DNA of 64,000 bases, taken from IMG/VR virus record IMGVR_UViG_2816332336_000005, positions 32,001 to 96,000 of that record; one strand, given 5' to 3'. The stretch is from a virus (Duplodnaviria; Caudoviricetes). The stretch's first letter is position 1. Each line of letters opens with the position of its first letter. Made by a program: the position numbers and the translations under genes. Below, in pieces: positions 1-9,439 of the stretch. The notes under the pieces were generated by a model that made no database searches, had not been told where the DNA came from, and saw only the letters and a program-made list of their open reading frames with translations.

Positions 1-400
1 CATAAGCTTCTTCAAACCATGCCCACGATAAGACACCAACGTCTACTGTGATTGAAGTAATCTTCAATGGATCGTCTAACCCTCGAAATAATATCTTCTG
101 TCCAGTAGGCTTGTAGGTGATCTCTGGCAAGGATTCGTTGAATTTGAACAGGTCCTTAACCCCTAATTTGTGTATGGCCCATTTAAGATCAGTGAAACAA
201 GACTGTTTCAACGTGTTAGAAAACCGTCGGACAACCAAGATATTTCCCCAAGGATATTTCATGATGCGGTATATGAGGTTTAGAGCCGTTGTTTTAGACT
301 TTTTCGAACCACGGGAACCCTTGACTACCCTATAGAAGTTTTTGCGATTCCAGAACCGATTATAGCCTCCTCCGATCAACTCTTTTACGCTAATCTTCAT
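1..400 (-). CDS. Phage terminase large subunit, PBSX family (5' part, truncated by window)
   Basis: Hand-translated from ATG at 400: MKISVKELIGGGYNRFWNRKNFYRVVKGSRGSKKSKTT, containing a terminase-type Walker A; follows TerS. Confidence 0.9.
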   Translation of the reverse strand, partial: MKISVKELIGGGYNRFWNRKNFYRVVKGSRGSKKSKTTALNLIYRIMKYPWGNILVVRRFSNTLKQSCFTDLKWAIHKLGVKDLFKFNESLPEITYKPTGQKILFRGLDDPLKITSITVDVGVLSWAWFEEAY

Positions 401-824
401 CAGGAACATCCTCTACAAAGGTCGGAATTGTTAGTTCTATCTGTTGTTTCTCTGTCCAAAGTAGATAACGTTTACCTAGTAGTTCAGCAGCCTGATTGCG
501 TTCTTTGAAGAACGGAAACACTTTCTTAGGTTTCGTTTTCAAATTACCTTCATCATCGTAGTATTCAATTTCAATCTCGGCTGCTTCTCCACGCAAAACG
601 CTTGTGAGATATTCTAAAACTTCATCTTGCGAAGCAATACGGTCCTTTTCCTTTTGGGACATTCGTTCTTGAACATACTGCCGGATATTAGGTTTTCTTA
701 GGTTTTCTACCCCGATTACAGAAGCTGTCTTATCGCTATACCCTGCCTTCCTAGCCGCCTCTGTTGCATTACCTGTCTGAATATAATAATCTGCGAAAGC
801 TTGTTGTTTCGGTGTTAATTTCAT
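390..824 (-). CDS. Terminase small subunit
   Basis: MKLTPKQQAFADYYIQTGNATEAARKAGYS...ENLRKPNI, Terminase_2-type signature. Confidence 0.92.
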   Translation of the reverse strand: MKLTPKQQAFADYYIQTGNATEAARKAGYSDKTASVIGVENLRKPNIRQYVQERMSQKEKDRIASQDEVLEYLTSVLRGEAAEIEIEYYDDEGNLKTKPKKVFPFFKERNQAAELLGKRYLLWTEKQQIELTIPTFVEDVPDED

Positions 825-851
825 TTACATCACCACCACCACCCGTAAATA

Positions 852-877
852 AAAAAGCACCACTGTGGGTGCTTTTA
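852..877. terminator. Rho-independent terminator (probably bidirectional)
   Basis: aaaaagcac-cactgtgg-gtgctttt hairpin with A/T tails. Confidence 0.65.
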
Positions 878-884
878 AGTTGCG

Positions 885-1193
885 TTACTTTCGTTCGTAG
901 AGACCATCGACAACGATATCGTAATCTTCCAATAATGATTCAAGCGTATAGATTTTTAGTGGAGCTTTTCCAGACTTAATGTTTTCGATTGCGGTTTTAA
1001 GCAAGTCTGTAGGATATCTCCCAATAAATTCACCCTTATGTTCAGATAAATATTGTTCATCTAATATATGACTATAAGAAAACTCAACAATTGCATTTAC
1101 CAAAACTAATTTTTGTTCATGTTGCTCCATTACAAAGTAGTAATTCCCATACTTATCTGTAATTAAATCTCCGCGTTTCTTAAAATCGATCAC
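885..1193 (-). CDS. Hypothetical protein (AT-rich moron)
   Basis: 102-aa ORF with GGAGGTG SD and its own downstream terminator. Confidence 0.65.
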   Translation of the reverse strand: MIDFKKRGDLITDKYGNYYFVMEQHEQKLVLVNAIVEFSYSHILDEQYLSEHKGEFIGRYPTDLLKTAIENIKSGKAPLKIYTLESLLEDYDIVVDGLYERK

Positions 1194-1340
1194 GTAATCA
1201 CCTCCCTTTCCTATACCATTTTGAATGAAATGTTAATATTTGTCTACAAATTGTTAATTACTATATTAGAACTCTTCATTTTTTTCTAAACGTTTTTTAC
1301 CCTTCTACTTATAGTGGGCTTTCGTATGACAAAAAAGAGC

Positions 1341-1850
1341 CTATCCGACAAGGAATAGGCTTGAAACTACACGATTTGCAATTTTATTTTGTGCCCGTGT
1401 TACCAGTGTTTGAACACTACTCTTCGAAATACACAAAAATCTAGCCGTTTCCTCAAATGAAAATCCTTCACCGTGGGTAAGTATATAGCACTCTCTTTCT
1501 CTAGCTGATAGGCAACACAACGCATCCTCTAGCTGTTCTTTTTCCCACTCTGTAAGGTTGCAAGGACTACCTGCCGTGCCTCTATAAACAAATGCCTGCA
1601 TTCTTAATGGATCTACTGGCTTTTCTCTTTCATAGGCTGCTCTTCTCTCAATCCCCCGTTTACTCTCTGGTCTACGTCCTGTCTCCAGCCATTCAATTAC
1701 ATACTCTACATCGCTAATCATTTCAGAGAGGTAGCGTCTTTCCGAATCATCAAGAACTGCCTCTGTTGCTCTCAGATCAGCGTATGCTTTTTTCAATTTC
1801 TTTCTTGTCTCTCTATACTCTTTTAAAAGTTCTTGCATTGTGTTCATCAA
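1341..1850 (-). CDS. Sigma-70 region-4 type late transcription regulator (Xpf-like)
   Basis: LSARERECYILTHGEGFSFEETARFLCISKSSVQTLVTRA HTH; lies just before the packaging genes. Confidence 0.8.
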   Translation of the reverse strand: MMNTMQELLKEYRETRKKLKKAYADLRATEAVLDDSERRYLSEMISDVEYVIEWLETGRRPESKRGIERRAAYEREKPVDPLRMQAFVYRGTAGSPCNLTEWEKEQLEDALCCLSARERECYILTHGEGFSFEETARFLCISKSSVQTLVTRAQNKIANRVVSSLFLVG

Positions 1851-1934
1851 TCATTCCCCCTCACCATCTGCTCATGGTATAATAGTTTTACCGAACGTAT
1901 ATTCCATGGCTTCCGATGAGGGAGCTTTTTTGTT

Positions 1935-2270
1935 TTATAAATAAGGCTTAATATCCACGCCTTTAGCTTTTAGATAGGTTAGGGTTACTGCTGTAGGTAA
2001 ATGGATGTGACTCGCAACATGTGTAAAGGAATTATGTTTACCTAAATCAACTCCGCATAGTACTAAATTCAATTTATCGTGCGTAGTGATTTCAAAACGA
2101 ATACCATCTTTCTTTGCCTCTTCTATCAACAGCAGCATTCCCTCACCGGTAGAATCAAAGGAAAACAACTCTTTATCATAGTGATACCTTTCTTGTGGAT
2201 CGTACCAATACAATCCTGTATCCCTCCATCCCAAGCACTCAGCCACTTTAGCGTCAATCTCTCTACTCAT
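1935..2270 (-). CDS. Phage hypothetical protein
   Basis: 111-aa ORF, coupled to the upstream gene by an ATGA overlap. Confidence 0.7.
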   Translation of the reverse strand: MSREIDAKVAECLGWRDTGLYWYDPQERYHYDKELFSFDSTGEGMLLLIEEAKKDGIRFEITTHDKLNLVLCGVDLGKHNSFTHVASHIHLPTAVTLTYLKAKGVDIKPYL

Positions 2271-2710
2271 TGGCTGCCACCATTCCTTTTCTGAAGCTTA
2301 CGATAAAATTCTGCGTTTCCGAAACCCGTCACATCCTTGAAGTCAAATAATTGTTGGCATGAAGGGCAATAAGGCAGCATTTTTCCCTTTTGATAAGACT
2401 GTTCAAGGTTTTTAAACAAAACTGAATGTGGCTTTTCTTTGAACCATTGCAATCTTTGCTCTTCCATGAGTCTATGCTGATAATTCAAGTGATCGTAGTG
2501 TTTTGCCATATCCAACATTGCTTCAAATGGATCTACAACCATGCCACACTCGCAAGTGATTTCACGATTAACCGTATCTACGGTGTATTTACGGAATTCA
2601 CAAGTGCATTTTCGTTCTTTATTGCGTTCAAGCCGGATAAAATTGAGCTGGATAAGTTTGTCAGATTGGTTCTCACTCACTCTGTTCATTGGCTTCCTCC
2701 CGAAGTTCAA
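2267..2710 (-). CDS. Phage hypothetical protein with Cys pairs
   Basis: CxC, CECG and CPSC motifs; true start possibly the second Met. Confidence 0.7.
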   Translation of the reverse strand: MNFGRKPMNRVSENQSDKLIQLNFIRLERNKERKCTCEFRKYTVDTVNREITCECGMVVDPFEAMLDMAKHYDHLNYQHRLMEEQRLQWFKEKPHSVLFKNLEQSYQKGKMLPYCPSCQQLFDFKDVTGFGNAEFYRKLQKRNGGSQ

Positions 2711-2918
2711 GATTTACTTTTTGTAAAAACTCCGTTGAAAATGATCCACTAAAACCTTCCAAGAAAATTGAACAATAATCATGACCTTTGCGCCTAAAAG
2801 CGTCAGTCTTGCAAGTCCAAATTCTCCCGTAATTATTTGGATTCTGAGCTTCTATGCAAGTGTGCATAACCACTAGATCACCTTTTTTTAACGTAGATAA
2901 TGGATTTTCAATAGACAT
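2673..2918 (-). CDS. Phage hypothetical protein
   Basis: Part of ORF 2673..3023; SD GGAGGG precedes MSIENPL at 2918. Confidence 0.6.
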   Translation of the reverse strand: MSIENPLSTLKKGDLVVMHTCIEAQNPNNYGRIWTCKTDAFRRKGHDYCSIFLEGFSGSFSTEFLQKVNLELREEANEQSE

Positions 2919-2946
2919 GATTTCCCTCCACATAAGCAATGTTTTG

Positions 2947-3213
2947 TTAAACTGTTTCGCCTCTGCGCCTTTGCATTTCTTCGAACACGACCCTGATATC
3001 CAACTTTGGTTGTTGGAACTCAAGCTGACTTATATCCTTCACAGCAAAGCGATGATGTGAGCCTTGTACAGTCGAGAGCTTCATATACGCGTCGTTTTCT
3101 TTACTGACCATCATCTGGAAGAATTTATCGTGATTTGTTTGGTACACATCCCACATGAATATCAAGAGGCTTTCCAGTGACTGGATATAATCTTCTTGGC
3201 TAATACCTTCCAT
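2947..3213 (-). CDS. Phage hypothetical protein
   Basis: 88 aa with SD GGGAGGGAG. Confidence 0.6.
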   Translation of the reverse strand: MEGISQEDYIQSLESLLIFMWDVYQTNHDKFFQMMVSKENDAYMKLSTVQGSHHRFAVKDISQLEFQQPKLDIRVVFEEMQRRRGETV

Positions 3214-3256
3214 CTGTTCTCCCTCCCATTTAACAAATCGTATGTTTAATTAAATT

Positions 3257-3445
3257 TCAGTCCTCTTCTTCAATCTGAGCGCCAATGCCATCGCACAGCA
3301 AAAAGTCACATAGAATCTCAAAATCCCCACTGGCTACAACCATTTCCCACTCTTCGCCTTCATATCCATATTCATCCGAAAGAGTAGTTACAACACGATC
3401 AAATCTTGTAAACTCAAACTCACCACAATTAATGATTAAGTTCAT
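3257..3445 (-). CDS. Small acidic hypothetical protein
   Basis: 62 aa, SD GGGAGGT. Confidence 0.65.
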   Translation of the reverse strand: MNLIINCGEFEFTRFDRVVTTLSDEYGYEGEEWEMVVASGDFEILCDFLLCDGIGAQIEEED

Positions 3446-3481
3446 ACTCTATACCTCCCATTTCCAAATCGTGTTTTGTAT

Positions 3482-3691
3482 TTAGTTCTCATCTGGCGAG
3501 CAATCTGGGCAGCATTCATGTTCTTCGCATGTGCATGCACTTAATAAGCCGTTTTCTTTCATGATCTGTTTCGTCCTATTGCAATGGTTGCATGGCTCTT
3601 TATGTGTTTCTTCGATATAAGGGAAATGCAGTGAGACAATCCCTGTATTTTCAACTGTATAGCCCAGCCCTCCGCAGTGCTGACAAACCAT
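3482..3691 (-). CDS. Small Cys-rich hypothetical protein
   Basis: CxxCxGxG, CxxC and CxC...CCxxC motifs; SD GGAGGGG. Confidence 0.65.
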   Translation of the reverse strand: MVCQHCGGLGYTVENTGIVSLHFPYIEETHKEPCNHCNRTKQIMKENGLLSACTCEEHECCPDCSPDEN

Positions 3692-3729
3692 ACTGTCCCC
3701 TCCATTTACAAATCGTGTGTTTTGTTAAA

Positions 3730-3924
3730 TCACAACATTATGAAAATAGGATCATCAGGAAAGTATTCAGAGTATTGTTCTAACAGTAACTTTTCTATCT
3801 CTGGCTTCTCCCATAGTCCAAACCCACGTTCATCTGATTCTGAACCATCAATAGTAAGCATTTCTATTCCACCTACTATGACCCTTATACAATCCTCTCC
3901 ATCAATCCGCCATTCTACTTTCAA
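3730..3924 (-). CDS. Phage hypothetical protein
   Basis: 64 aa, TTG start with SD. Confidence 0.6.
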   Translation of the reverse strand: MKVEWRIDGEDCIRVIVGGIEMLTIDGSESDERGFGLWEKPEIEKLLLEQYSEYFPDDPIFIML

Positions 3925-3969
3925 AGCACTCTCCCCCCATTTAACAGATCGTGTGTGCCGTGTTAATAA

Positions 3970-4230
3970 TTAGAAACCGCCATGTACTATGAGCTCTCCT
4001 GTGAGTTTGTTTATTTCTACATACACATAGTTTTCAGACAAAGTTTGCACTGTTTCATACGTAATTTCTTCATTGCAATGAGGGCATTTTTCCAAACGGA
4101 AATCTGTAACTTCCCATCCAACCCATTTCTTTTTCTCGATCTGTTCATCAAACTCATAAAAAACACCATTGCACACCTTGCATTGCATCTCTTTAGCTGA
4201 TAAAGAAAGAGTTCCTCCTATGTCTTTCAT
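3970..4230 (-). CDS. Zn-ribbon hypothetical protein
   Basis: CKVC...CPHC. Confidence 0.65.
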   Translation of the reverse strand: MKDIGGTLSLSAKEMQCKVCNGVFYEFDEQIEKKKWVGWEVTDFRLEKCPHCNEEITYETVQTLSENYVYVEINKLTGELIVHGGF

Positions 4231-4256
4231 TGTTTATTTCTCCCCCTTTTGTTCGG

Positions 4257-4646
4257 TCATTGTGATTCCTCCGTCAACTCTGGATTTTCGTAGATATTAC
4301 CGATTACTTCAAGGAATTCGTTGTAATCTCTCAGATCGTCAATATCGGGCCCGTGCCAATCGACAATAATACTTCCACGTGAAAATTCCACCGTTCCTGT
4401 TGCTGGTTCACTCCGACCAAGAACAATATCACCTTCATAAATCTCTTTACCGTTTTTGTCGTGGAGTCCAGTGTATTGCCGTAGAAGAAAGTACGAAGTT
4501 GCTGTATCGCAAATATTTCCCTTTGGCTTGGGTTGAGTATAATCAATTACTCCGCCATATCCATCTTCAATATCTAAATTAAACTCTCTCCATTTCAACA
4601 TACGTTTTTCTTCTGTTAGCCAAGCTTGAAACTTTTTCTCTCGCAT
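4257..4646 (-). CDS. YopX family protein
   Basis: QYTGLHDKNGKEIYEGDIV and EVIGNIYENPEL signatures. Confidence 0.9.
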   Translation of the reverse strand: MREKKFQAWLTEEKRMLKWREFNLDIEDGYGGVIDYTQPKPKGNICDTATSYFLLRQYTGLHDKNGKEIYEGDIVLGRSEPATGTVEFSRGSIIVDWHGPDIDDLRDYNEFLEVIGNIYENPELTEESQ

Positions 4647-4824
4647 CTAGTGCCTCCCATTTAGCTTGAACCTCTGCTAAGCCCTTCTGATAATCTGTAA
4701 GACTGCCCTCTAGTATTCTTCTGGAGTAGTCATACTGCACATTTTTGATATCTTCTTCTAGCTCATGGATGTAATTTTTAAAGTAAGTAATTTGTATAGC
4801 TAATACTGCTTTCTCGTTGTTCAT
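4579..4824 (-). CDS. Phage hypothetical protein
   Basis: 81 aa directly after Rha with SD AAAGGAG. Confidence 0.6.
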   Translation of the reverse strand: MNNEKAVLAIQITYFKNYIHELEEDIKNVQYDYSRRILEGSLTDYQKGLAEVQAKWEALDAREKVSSLANRRKTYVEMERV

Positions 4825-4826
4825 TT

Positions 4827-5558
4827 CTACGCTCCTTTGAATCCATCGAACATGTTCATCTGACCATTTGCCTCTTCAATTTCCCGAAGCAACTTGCCAC
4901 GCGGTGTCCATCTCTGTAAAAACTCTTTTGCTTTTTCGAAATCTTTAGTTGCAGTGTTCCGGTAAGAGTTAACTGCAAAATATTCCTGGTACTCATTCCA
5001 TGCTGCTTTAAACACTTTGAATACGATTTGTTTATATGCTGGACTTTCCTTACCGCCGATAATTTCCATCACTCTGCGCTTGCAAAGCGAGTTCAAAACT
5101 TGTTGTTGGCTATAATCCACTGTCTTGGTTTGCTCCAAATGAAACACACGATTTTCTATTTCCGATGTTCTTTCCTCGATCTTTTTATCTAGGACAAAAA
5201 TAGCTTGTAATTCTTTGCTCATACCAGCGAATGGATTGCTTATCTGCTTTTCCATTTCTTCAAACTTGGTCACATATGTTGCGGTAAACAGGGTTCCTTT
5301 TTCTCCAGTCATTTTGTTGGCTACCATATCGCAACCTTTACGACTAAGAAGGAAGCACGGTCTTAACTGGTTTTGTTTATCTACATACTCGCTAGGGAGA
5401 AAGAATTCGCCGAGGGAAAAATCTCCCTGAGTTAGATGTTCTGCATAATTTCTAATGGCTTTCATCAAATCGTTATGTGGCCTTTCGATCATCACAGCTA
5501 CCTCTCGGCTGTCTACTAGTAGTTGTCCGTTTTGATTGATTACAGTTAATTGATTCAT
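4827..5558 (-). CDS. Rha-family regulator/antirepressor with ORF6C-type C-terminus
   Basis: VDSREVAVMIERPHNDLMKAI and GCDMVANKMTGEKGTLFTATYV; C-terminal F.VNSYRN. Confidence 0.85.
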   Translation of the reverse strand: MNQLTVINQNGQLLVDSREVAVMIERPHNDLMKAIRNYAEHLTQGDFSLGEFFLPSEYVDKQNQLRPCFLLSRKGCDMVANKMTGEKGTLFTATYVTKFEEMEKQISNPFAGMSKELQAIFVLDKKIEERTSEIENRVFHLEQTKTVDYSQQQVLNSLCKRRVMEIIGGKESPAYKQIVFKVFKAAWNEYQEYFAVNSYRNTATKDFEKAKEFLQRWTPRGKLLREIEEANGQMNMFDGFKGA

Positions 5559-6634
5559 GCTCGTTTCTCTCCTCTCAGGGACTCATATAATTCTTTTAGC
5601 TCAGGATCATCCATAATCGTTTGCTTTTGCCTATCAAGCGTTGGATGTTCTAGTTGCTCCCGTTCTATTTGGCGCTGTACTGCTGCTGGAAGCTTGTCCT
5701 GCACAACATGCTTGCCATATCCTTTTTTGCCTTGTACAACTTGCAAATGGTTAGCCCTCTCTGCTTTGGAACGCTCATGATCTTGCTTATTTAGTTCAGC
5801 GTGTTCGGCTGTTTTGATGCCTCTTGATGGGAATTTATTAATAATGCCTCTGCAATAGATCCAATCCTTGCCATTCTCTGCTGCTTCCCTCATAGCCCAA
5901 GCAATAGCTGACATTTCTATTCCGTCATCAAGGTAACTATGTAAGAGTTCCGTCATGATGAAAGTTGGCTCGAAAACGAAATATTTTTTGTATTGGTCTA
6001 TGACACTGTTAAAAACATGCAAATCTCTACCGCCTACCTCCACCACTTCCCCTAAGGGGGATATAGGGGGTGTAGTATTATCTGTATCTGGTTCTGTATC
6101 TGGTTCTGTATCTGAATCTGTATCTGTATATATAGCGTGACTCGGCGTGACATCCTGTGACTTACCTTCTTTTACTTCGTGACCGTCACGCTTAGAATCA
6201 GTAGAACCAGCGTCATCATTAGCTTTTTTCTCTTCGGACTCTTTCTGCTTCTTCTTCTCTTCTGCTTCTTTAGCGCGTTGCTTCCTTTTTCTCTCTCGTG
6301 TGTTCTCTGGTTTATCAGATGATTTTTCGTATTGTCGATTCATGAAGTTGATCAATGTCACGCTACCATCAGCGTGACGCTCCATCATTTTGAGCGTGAC
6401 ACACATTTCAATAAAACCATTTGCTTGATCTAATTCTGACGCTGTTAGGCCAGCAACATGGGCTAAATCTTGATCGGTGTATTCAATGCCATCAGCGATG
6501 AATAATCTGCCTCGATCTGTTGAATTAGATGCCTCACACATAGCTGCAATCCATAACCATTTCTGCGTTGCGTTTAATCTTCGTAACTTCGGATCAACTA
6601 ATATTTCCGGATAAAGCCTCAACCATTTAACCAT
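5555..6634 (-). CDS. Phage replication initiator (replisome-organiser N-terminus, DnaD/DnaB-like C-terminus)
   Basis: MVKWLRLY...DPKLRRL N-terminus, RERKRKQR, DT repeats, WIYCRGIINKF; SD before 6634. Confidence 0.85.
   Translation of the reverse strand: MVKWLRLYPEILVDPKLRRLNATQKWLWIAAMCEASNSTDRGRLFIADGIEYTDQDLAHVAGLTASELDQANGFIEMCVTLKMMERHADGSVTLINFMNRQYEKSSDKPENTRERKRKQRAKEAEEKKKQKESEEKKANDDAGSTDSKRDGHEVKEGKSQDVTPSHAIYTDTDSDTEPDTEPDTDNTTPPISPLGEVVEVGGRDLHVFNSVIDQYKKYFVFEPTFIMTELLHSYLDDGIEMSAIAWAMREAAENGKDWIYCRGIINKFPSRGIKTAEHAELNKQDHERSKAERANHLQVVQGKKGYGKHVVQDKLPAAVQRQIEREQLEHPTLDRQKQTIMDDPELKELYESLRGEKRA
6079..6190. repeat. Tandem DT(E/D)(P/S) coding repeats and CGTGAC iteron-like repeats; putative origin of prophage A
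   Basis: tctgtatctggt repeats and several (G)CGTGAC copies in the middle of the initiator gene, the usual position of lambdoid-type origins. Confidence 0.5.
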
Positions 6635-6644
6635 GTCCTCACCC

Positions 6645-6995
6645 CTACGATGCTCCATTTGTGTAGTACGGGAGCAATACTTTCTCTCGATAATTCCGAA
6701 ACGCTTGACGCCCTTCTTTCGTGTGGTGAGCCTTCCAATGACACGTGCCTTTTTGACCAACAGGCCCGCAGGCTAAAGCAATGTTATGGACCTCTCCAGT
6801 GCCTCCCTCGCTTTTAAAAATGATGTGATGTGCTTCTAGCCATGTAGTCTTGCCACACAGCACACAACGCCCGTTATCTCGCTTCATTACTTCTTTGTAG
6901 ACAGCCGGGGAAATTCTTCCCCGGGCTCCGCGTTTTTTCGTTCTACGCTTGAAATTTGGCTTTTGTACAGCTCTTACTTCATCAAACATTCCCAT
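6645..6995 (-). CDS. HNH endonuclease
   Basis: RDNGRCVLCG...LEAHHIIFKSEGG...NIALAC...CHWKAH. Confidence 0.85.
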   Translation of the reverse strand: MGMFDEVRAVQKPNFKRRTKKRGARGRISPAVYKEVMKRDNGRCVLCGKTTWLEAHHIIFKSEGGTGEVHNIALACGPVGQKGTCHWKAHHTKEGRQAFRNYREKVLLPYYTNGAS

Positions 6996-7008
6996 GTTTA
7001 TCACCATC

Positions 7009-7413
7009 CTAGAAAGGTAAGTCATCATCTGAAATATTGATTGGTTTATCACTAGCGAAAGGATCATCGAATGAACTCTTATTGCTCTGTTGAGTTTGTC
7101 CATCTTTATAACTTAGGAACTGTACATTTTCTGCTATAACCTCAGTGACAAATCGTTTTTTACCATCCTGATCATCATAGCTACGAACCTGTATACGTCC
7201 CTCTAACGCGCATTTCTTCCCTTTTGATAAATAATTAGCGCATAGGTCGGCAAGCTGTCTCCAAACCACGATATTGATGAAATCTGCTTCGTTTTGTCCG
7301 TTCTGAACACGACGGTTAACTGCCAATGTGAATGTAGCAACCGCAACTCCATTTGGTGTGTATTTCATCTCAACATCTCGTGCAAGATTTCCGATGAGAA
7401 TAACTCTATTCAA
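7009..7413 (-). CDS. ssb: Single-stranded DNA-binding protein
   Basis: [15 protein letters not shown]...acidic tail DDDLPF. Confidence 0.95.
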   Translation of the reverse strand: MNRVILIGNLARDVEMKYTPNGVAVATFTLAVNRRVQNGQNEADFINIVVWRQLADLCANYLSKGKKCALEGRIQVRSYDDQDGKKRFVTEVIAENVQFLSYKDGQTQQSNKSSFDDPFASDKPINISDDDLPF

Positions 7414-7414
7414 A

Positions 7415-8017
7415 TCATGCAACCCCTTTTTCTTTCATCTTTTCTGTTAGGAACCTCTCGATTTGTTCATCCGTTTTTCCTTTTGATCGTTCTGTTTTAT
7501 ACCAATCATCAAACCCGTTTAGCGATCCAGCGAGCATCTGCCACTTAGCTTTTAATACAGCTTCTTTACTGTCGTTAACGTTCGGTTGAGCCTTTGATTG
7601 ATCTTTTGGCTTTTTTTCATCTAATTCAGCAGAACTTACTTTGTCTGGGTCTTCTCCTGTAGGAATAGCAAAGGTTCTTAGAAGCAAATATTTATAGGCA
7701 TATGTCATAGCCTTACCTACACCTTTATCTTGTGTATCTGCCCCTGTTCCACTTGAAACAGCTTCTATGCTGTCTCCTGTATCTACATCAACAATCCGGT
7801 ACCGAACATTCACTGTGGTAAGCTGATCCACTTTGGAATGCTCTTGATGGATAGGGATTATCACAAGCCCATGTTCCCGCATTGCTTTTCCTACAGCAGA
7901 CGTTACTTTCTCTTCTGAGATAGCCTTATATTTCGTGGATTTAAACTCCACTTTGTCATCTTTTTGGAGATAGGACACATCATTCATCACAGCGAGAATC
8001 TTTTTGTATACATTCAT
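7415..8017 (-). CDS. ERF-family single-strand annealing protein
   Basis: [29 protein letters not shown] motif. Confidence 0.88.
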   Translation of the reverse strand: MNVYKKILAVMNDVSYLQKDDKVEFKSTKYKAISEEKVTSAVGKAMREHGLVIIPIHQEHSKVDQLTTVNVRYRIVDVDTGDSIEAVSSGTGADTQDKGVGKAMTYAYKYLLLRTFAIPTGEDPDKVSSAELDEKKPKDQSKAQPNVNDSKEAVLKAKWQMLAGSLNGFDDWYKTERSKGKTDEQIERFLTEKMKEKGVA

Positions 8018-8027
8018 GTTCTCACTC

Positions 8028-8513
8028 CTATTTGATCTGTAAGGAAGTACCTTTTACTAGCGTTACGCCCGGTATTTCCTCGCCTGATTTCAAACGTTCT
8101 GACATCGACTTTTTATCAAGAATTGGTGGTGGCGTTACCCAGAACATTTGAGGGATTTCAATTTCGTTTACCACCTGTACTGAACCCGTATTCTTTCTAA
8201 CTGAGATAGTGAAGATCGGTGTTTTGACTTTTTGTAATCCAGCTACCTCTAGTTGCTCTTTCAGATAGAGCTTTAAGCCCTCCTGCTTCTTTTCTAGGCG
8301 TCTCCTACGTTCAGCTAGGCGAGCCTCTTCCTGTTTAATCACCTCTACCTCAGCCGAGATATTACGCACCATTTTGGCGATATTATCAGCCTTATTTCCG
8401 ATAGCATCTTTTATGGATTGTAGAGTGTTAACTAGAGCCTCTGTTGGCGTCTCATCATCCAATATGATTTGTGCAACCTCAGCATAAGCACCAGCAAGAT
8501 CATACAACCTCAT
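8028..8513 (-). CDS. Siphovirus Gp157-family protein
   Basis: MRLYDL...KADNIAK...LKSGEEIPGVTL...SLQIK. Confidence 0.88.
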   Translation of the reverse strand: MRLYDLAGAYAEVAQIILDDETPTEALVNTLQSIKDAIGNKADNIAKMVRNISAEVEVIKQEEARLAERRRRLEKKQEGLKLYLKEQLEVAGLQKVKTPIFTISVRKNTGSVQVVNEIEIPQMFWVTPPPILDKKSMSERLKSGEEIPGVTLVKGTSLQIK

Positions 8514-8767
8514 AGTCCAACACCTCCGTAGAGCTTCATCAAATTGTCAAAGTGTTTTTTTACATCCACTAGGTATTCGAGGTTTTGTTCTGTTGAAAAT
8601 TCCTCCCAAGATACGGTTAGATATTTTAGATCCTCACTAATGCTTTCTACCTTCTCCCGTAACTCATCCCCCGGTTCATTGAAGGCTTTAATGCCATGAA
8701 GGAGATATCCTTGCCGATCAGGTTCAACACGCTCTACAAATTGCGGAAAATCAAGCAATGCTGGCAT
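8510..8767 (-). CDS. Phage hypothetical protein
   Basis: 85 aa, coupled within the early operon. Confidence 0.65.
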   Translation of the reverse strand: MPALLDFPQFVERVEPDRQGYLLHGIKAFNEPGDELREKVESISEDLKYLTVSWEEFSTEQNLEYLVDVKKHFDNLMKLYGGVGL

Positions 8768-8999
8768 ACTGTTTCCCCTCCCGTACTAAGGCTGCTGCAT
8801 GATCTTCACAGCGCCATAATTCTGTTTGTAATCCCCCTCTTGTTGATTTCATTTCAGCTAGCTCTCTACCGATCTTGCTGATCTTTTCTTCCAAAGCTAG
8901 TATTTCTTCATCCATTGATCTAATTTCTGTATTTAAGCGATCGATAGCACGATTTTGTTCGTTTAGCTCTATTTGAACGGTTCTGATATTTCTTTCCAT
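8751..8999 (-). CDS. Coiled-coil hypothetical protein
   Basis: MERNIRTVQIEL... heptad pattern; SD GGAGGT. Confidence 0.65.
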   Translation of the reverse strand: MERNIRTVQIELNEQNRAIDRLNTEIRSMDEEILALEEKISKIGRELAEMKSTRGGLQTELWRCEDHAAALVREGKQYASIA

Positions 9000-9048
9000 G
9001 CTTGTCCAACCTCCAATTATTTGGTATTGTAGAGGTACAAATTTTTGA

Positions 9049-9222
9049 TTAAGATGCCGTCTGTTGGTCGCAGGCGGTTTTTTCATGCTCTCTTATTTGT
9101 TCTGTAATCCACCGGGTAACTTGGCGATAGTTTTCATGAGCCTGATGATCTCCTGCTGTCTTAGTAATCATCATCAATCGCTGATATCTTTTTAGATCAG
9201 CAACTAAGTCCTCATAGTTCAC
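9049..9222 (-). CDS. Small hypothetical protein (57 aa, not in ORF track)
   Basis: GTG start after AAGGGGG SD: MNYEDLVADLKRYQRLMMITK... Confidence 0.5.
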   Translation of the reverse strand: MNYEDLVADLKRYQRLMMITKTAGDHQAHENYRQVTRWITEQIREHEKTACDQQTAS

Positions 9223-9427
9223 GCAGATAATCCCCCTTATTTAAGATTCGTTGAGATTGTTCAAACTGGCGTGTTACTTTGATATCCGACACCTTCCTCG
9301 CTATGATCTCCTTCCTTGTGGCATCGACCTCATCCCCGTTTTCACGACTAATCTCTGAAAGAATAAGCATCCCTTGTGCGATGTGATACAGCTCCTCTTC
9401 GTCCAAACCATCCAGCATTTCTTTCAC
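9212..9427 (-). CDS. Phage hypothetical protein
   Basis: 71 aa, SD AAGGAG. Confidence 0.65.
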   Translation of the reverse strand: MKEMLDGLDEEELYHIAQGMLILSEISRENGDEVDATRKEIIARKVSDIKVTRQFEQSQRILNKGDYLREL

Positions 9428-9439
9428 CTTCTCACTCCT

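Larger units (their letters stand above)
3223..3957. repeat. Four dispersed ~25-bp intergenic repeats CCATTT(A)(A/C)CA(A/G)ATCGTRT
   Basis: Copies at ~3223-3247, 3455-3480, 3700-3730 and 3936-3957, each fused to the SD of the next minus-strand gene. Confidence 0.8.

Noticed and set aside
3223-3957. CRISPR array or integron attC cassettes
   Set aside because: Spacers are ~230-bp genes, the repeats are degenerate and not attC-type palindromes, and the integrase is phage-type
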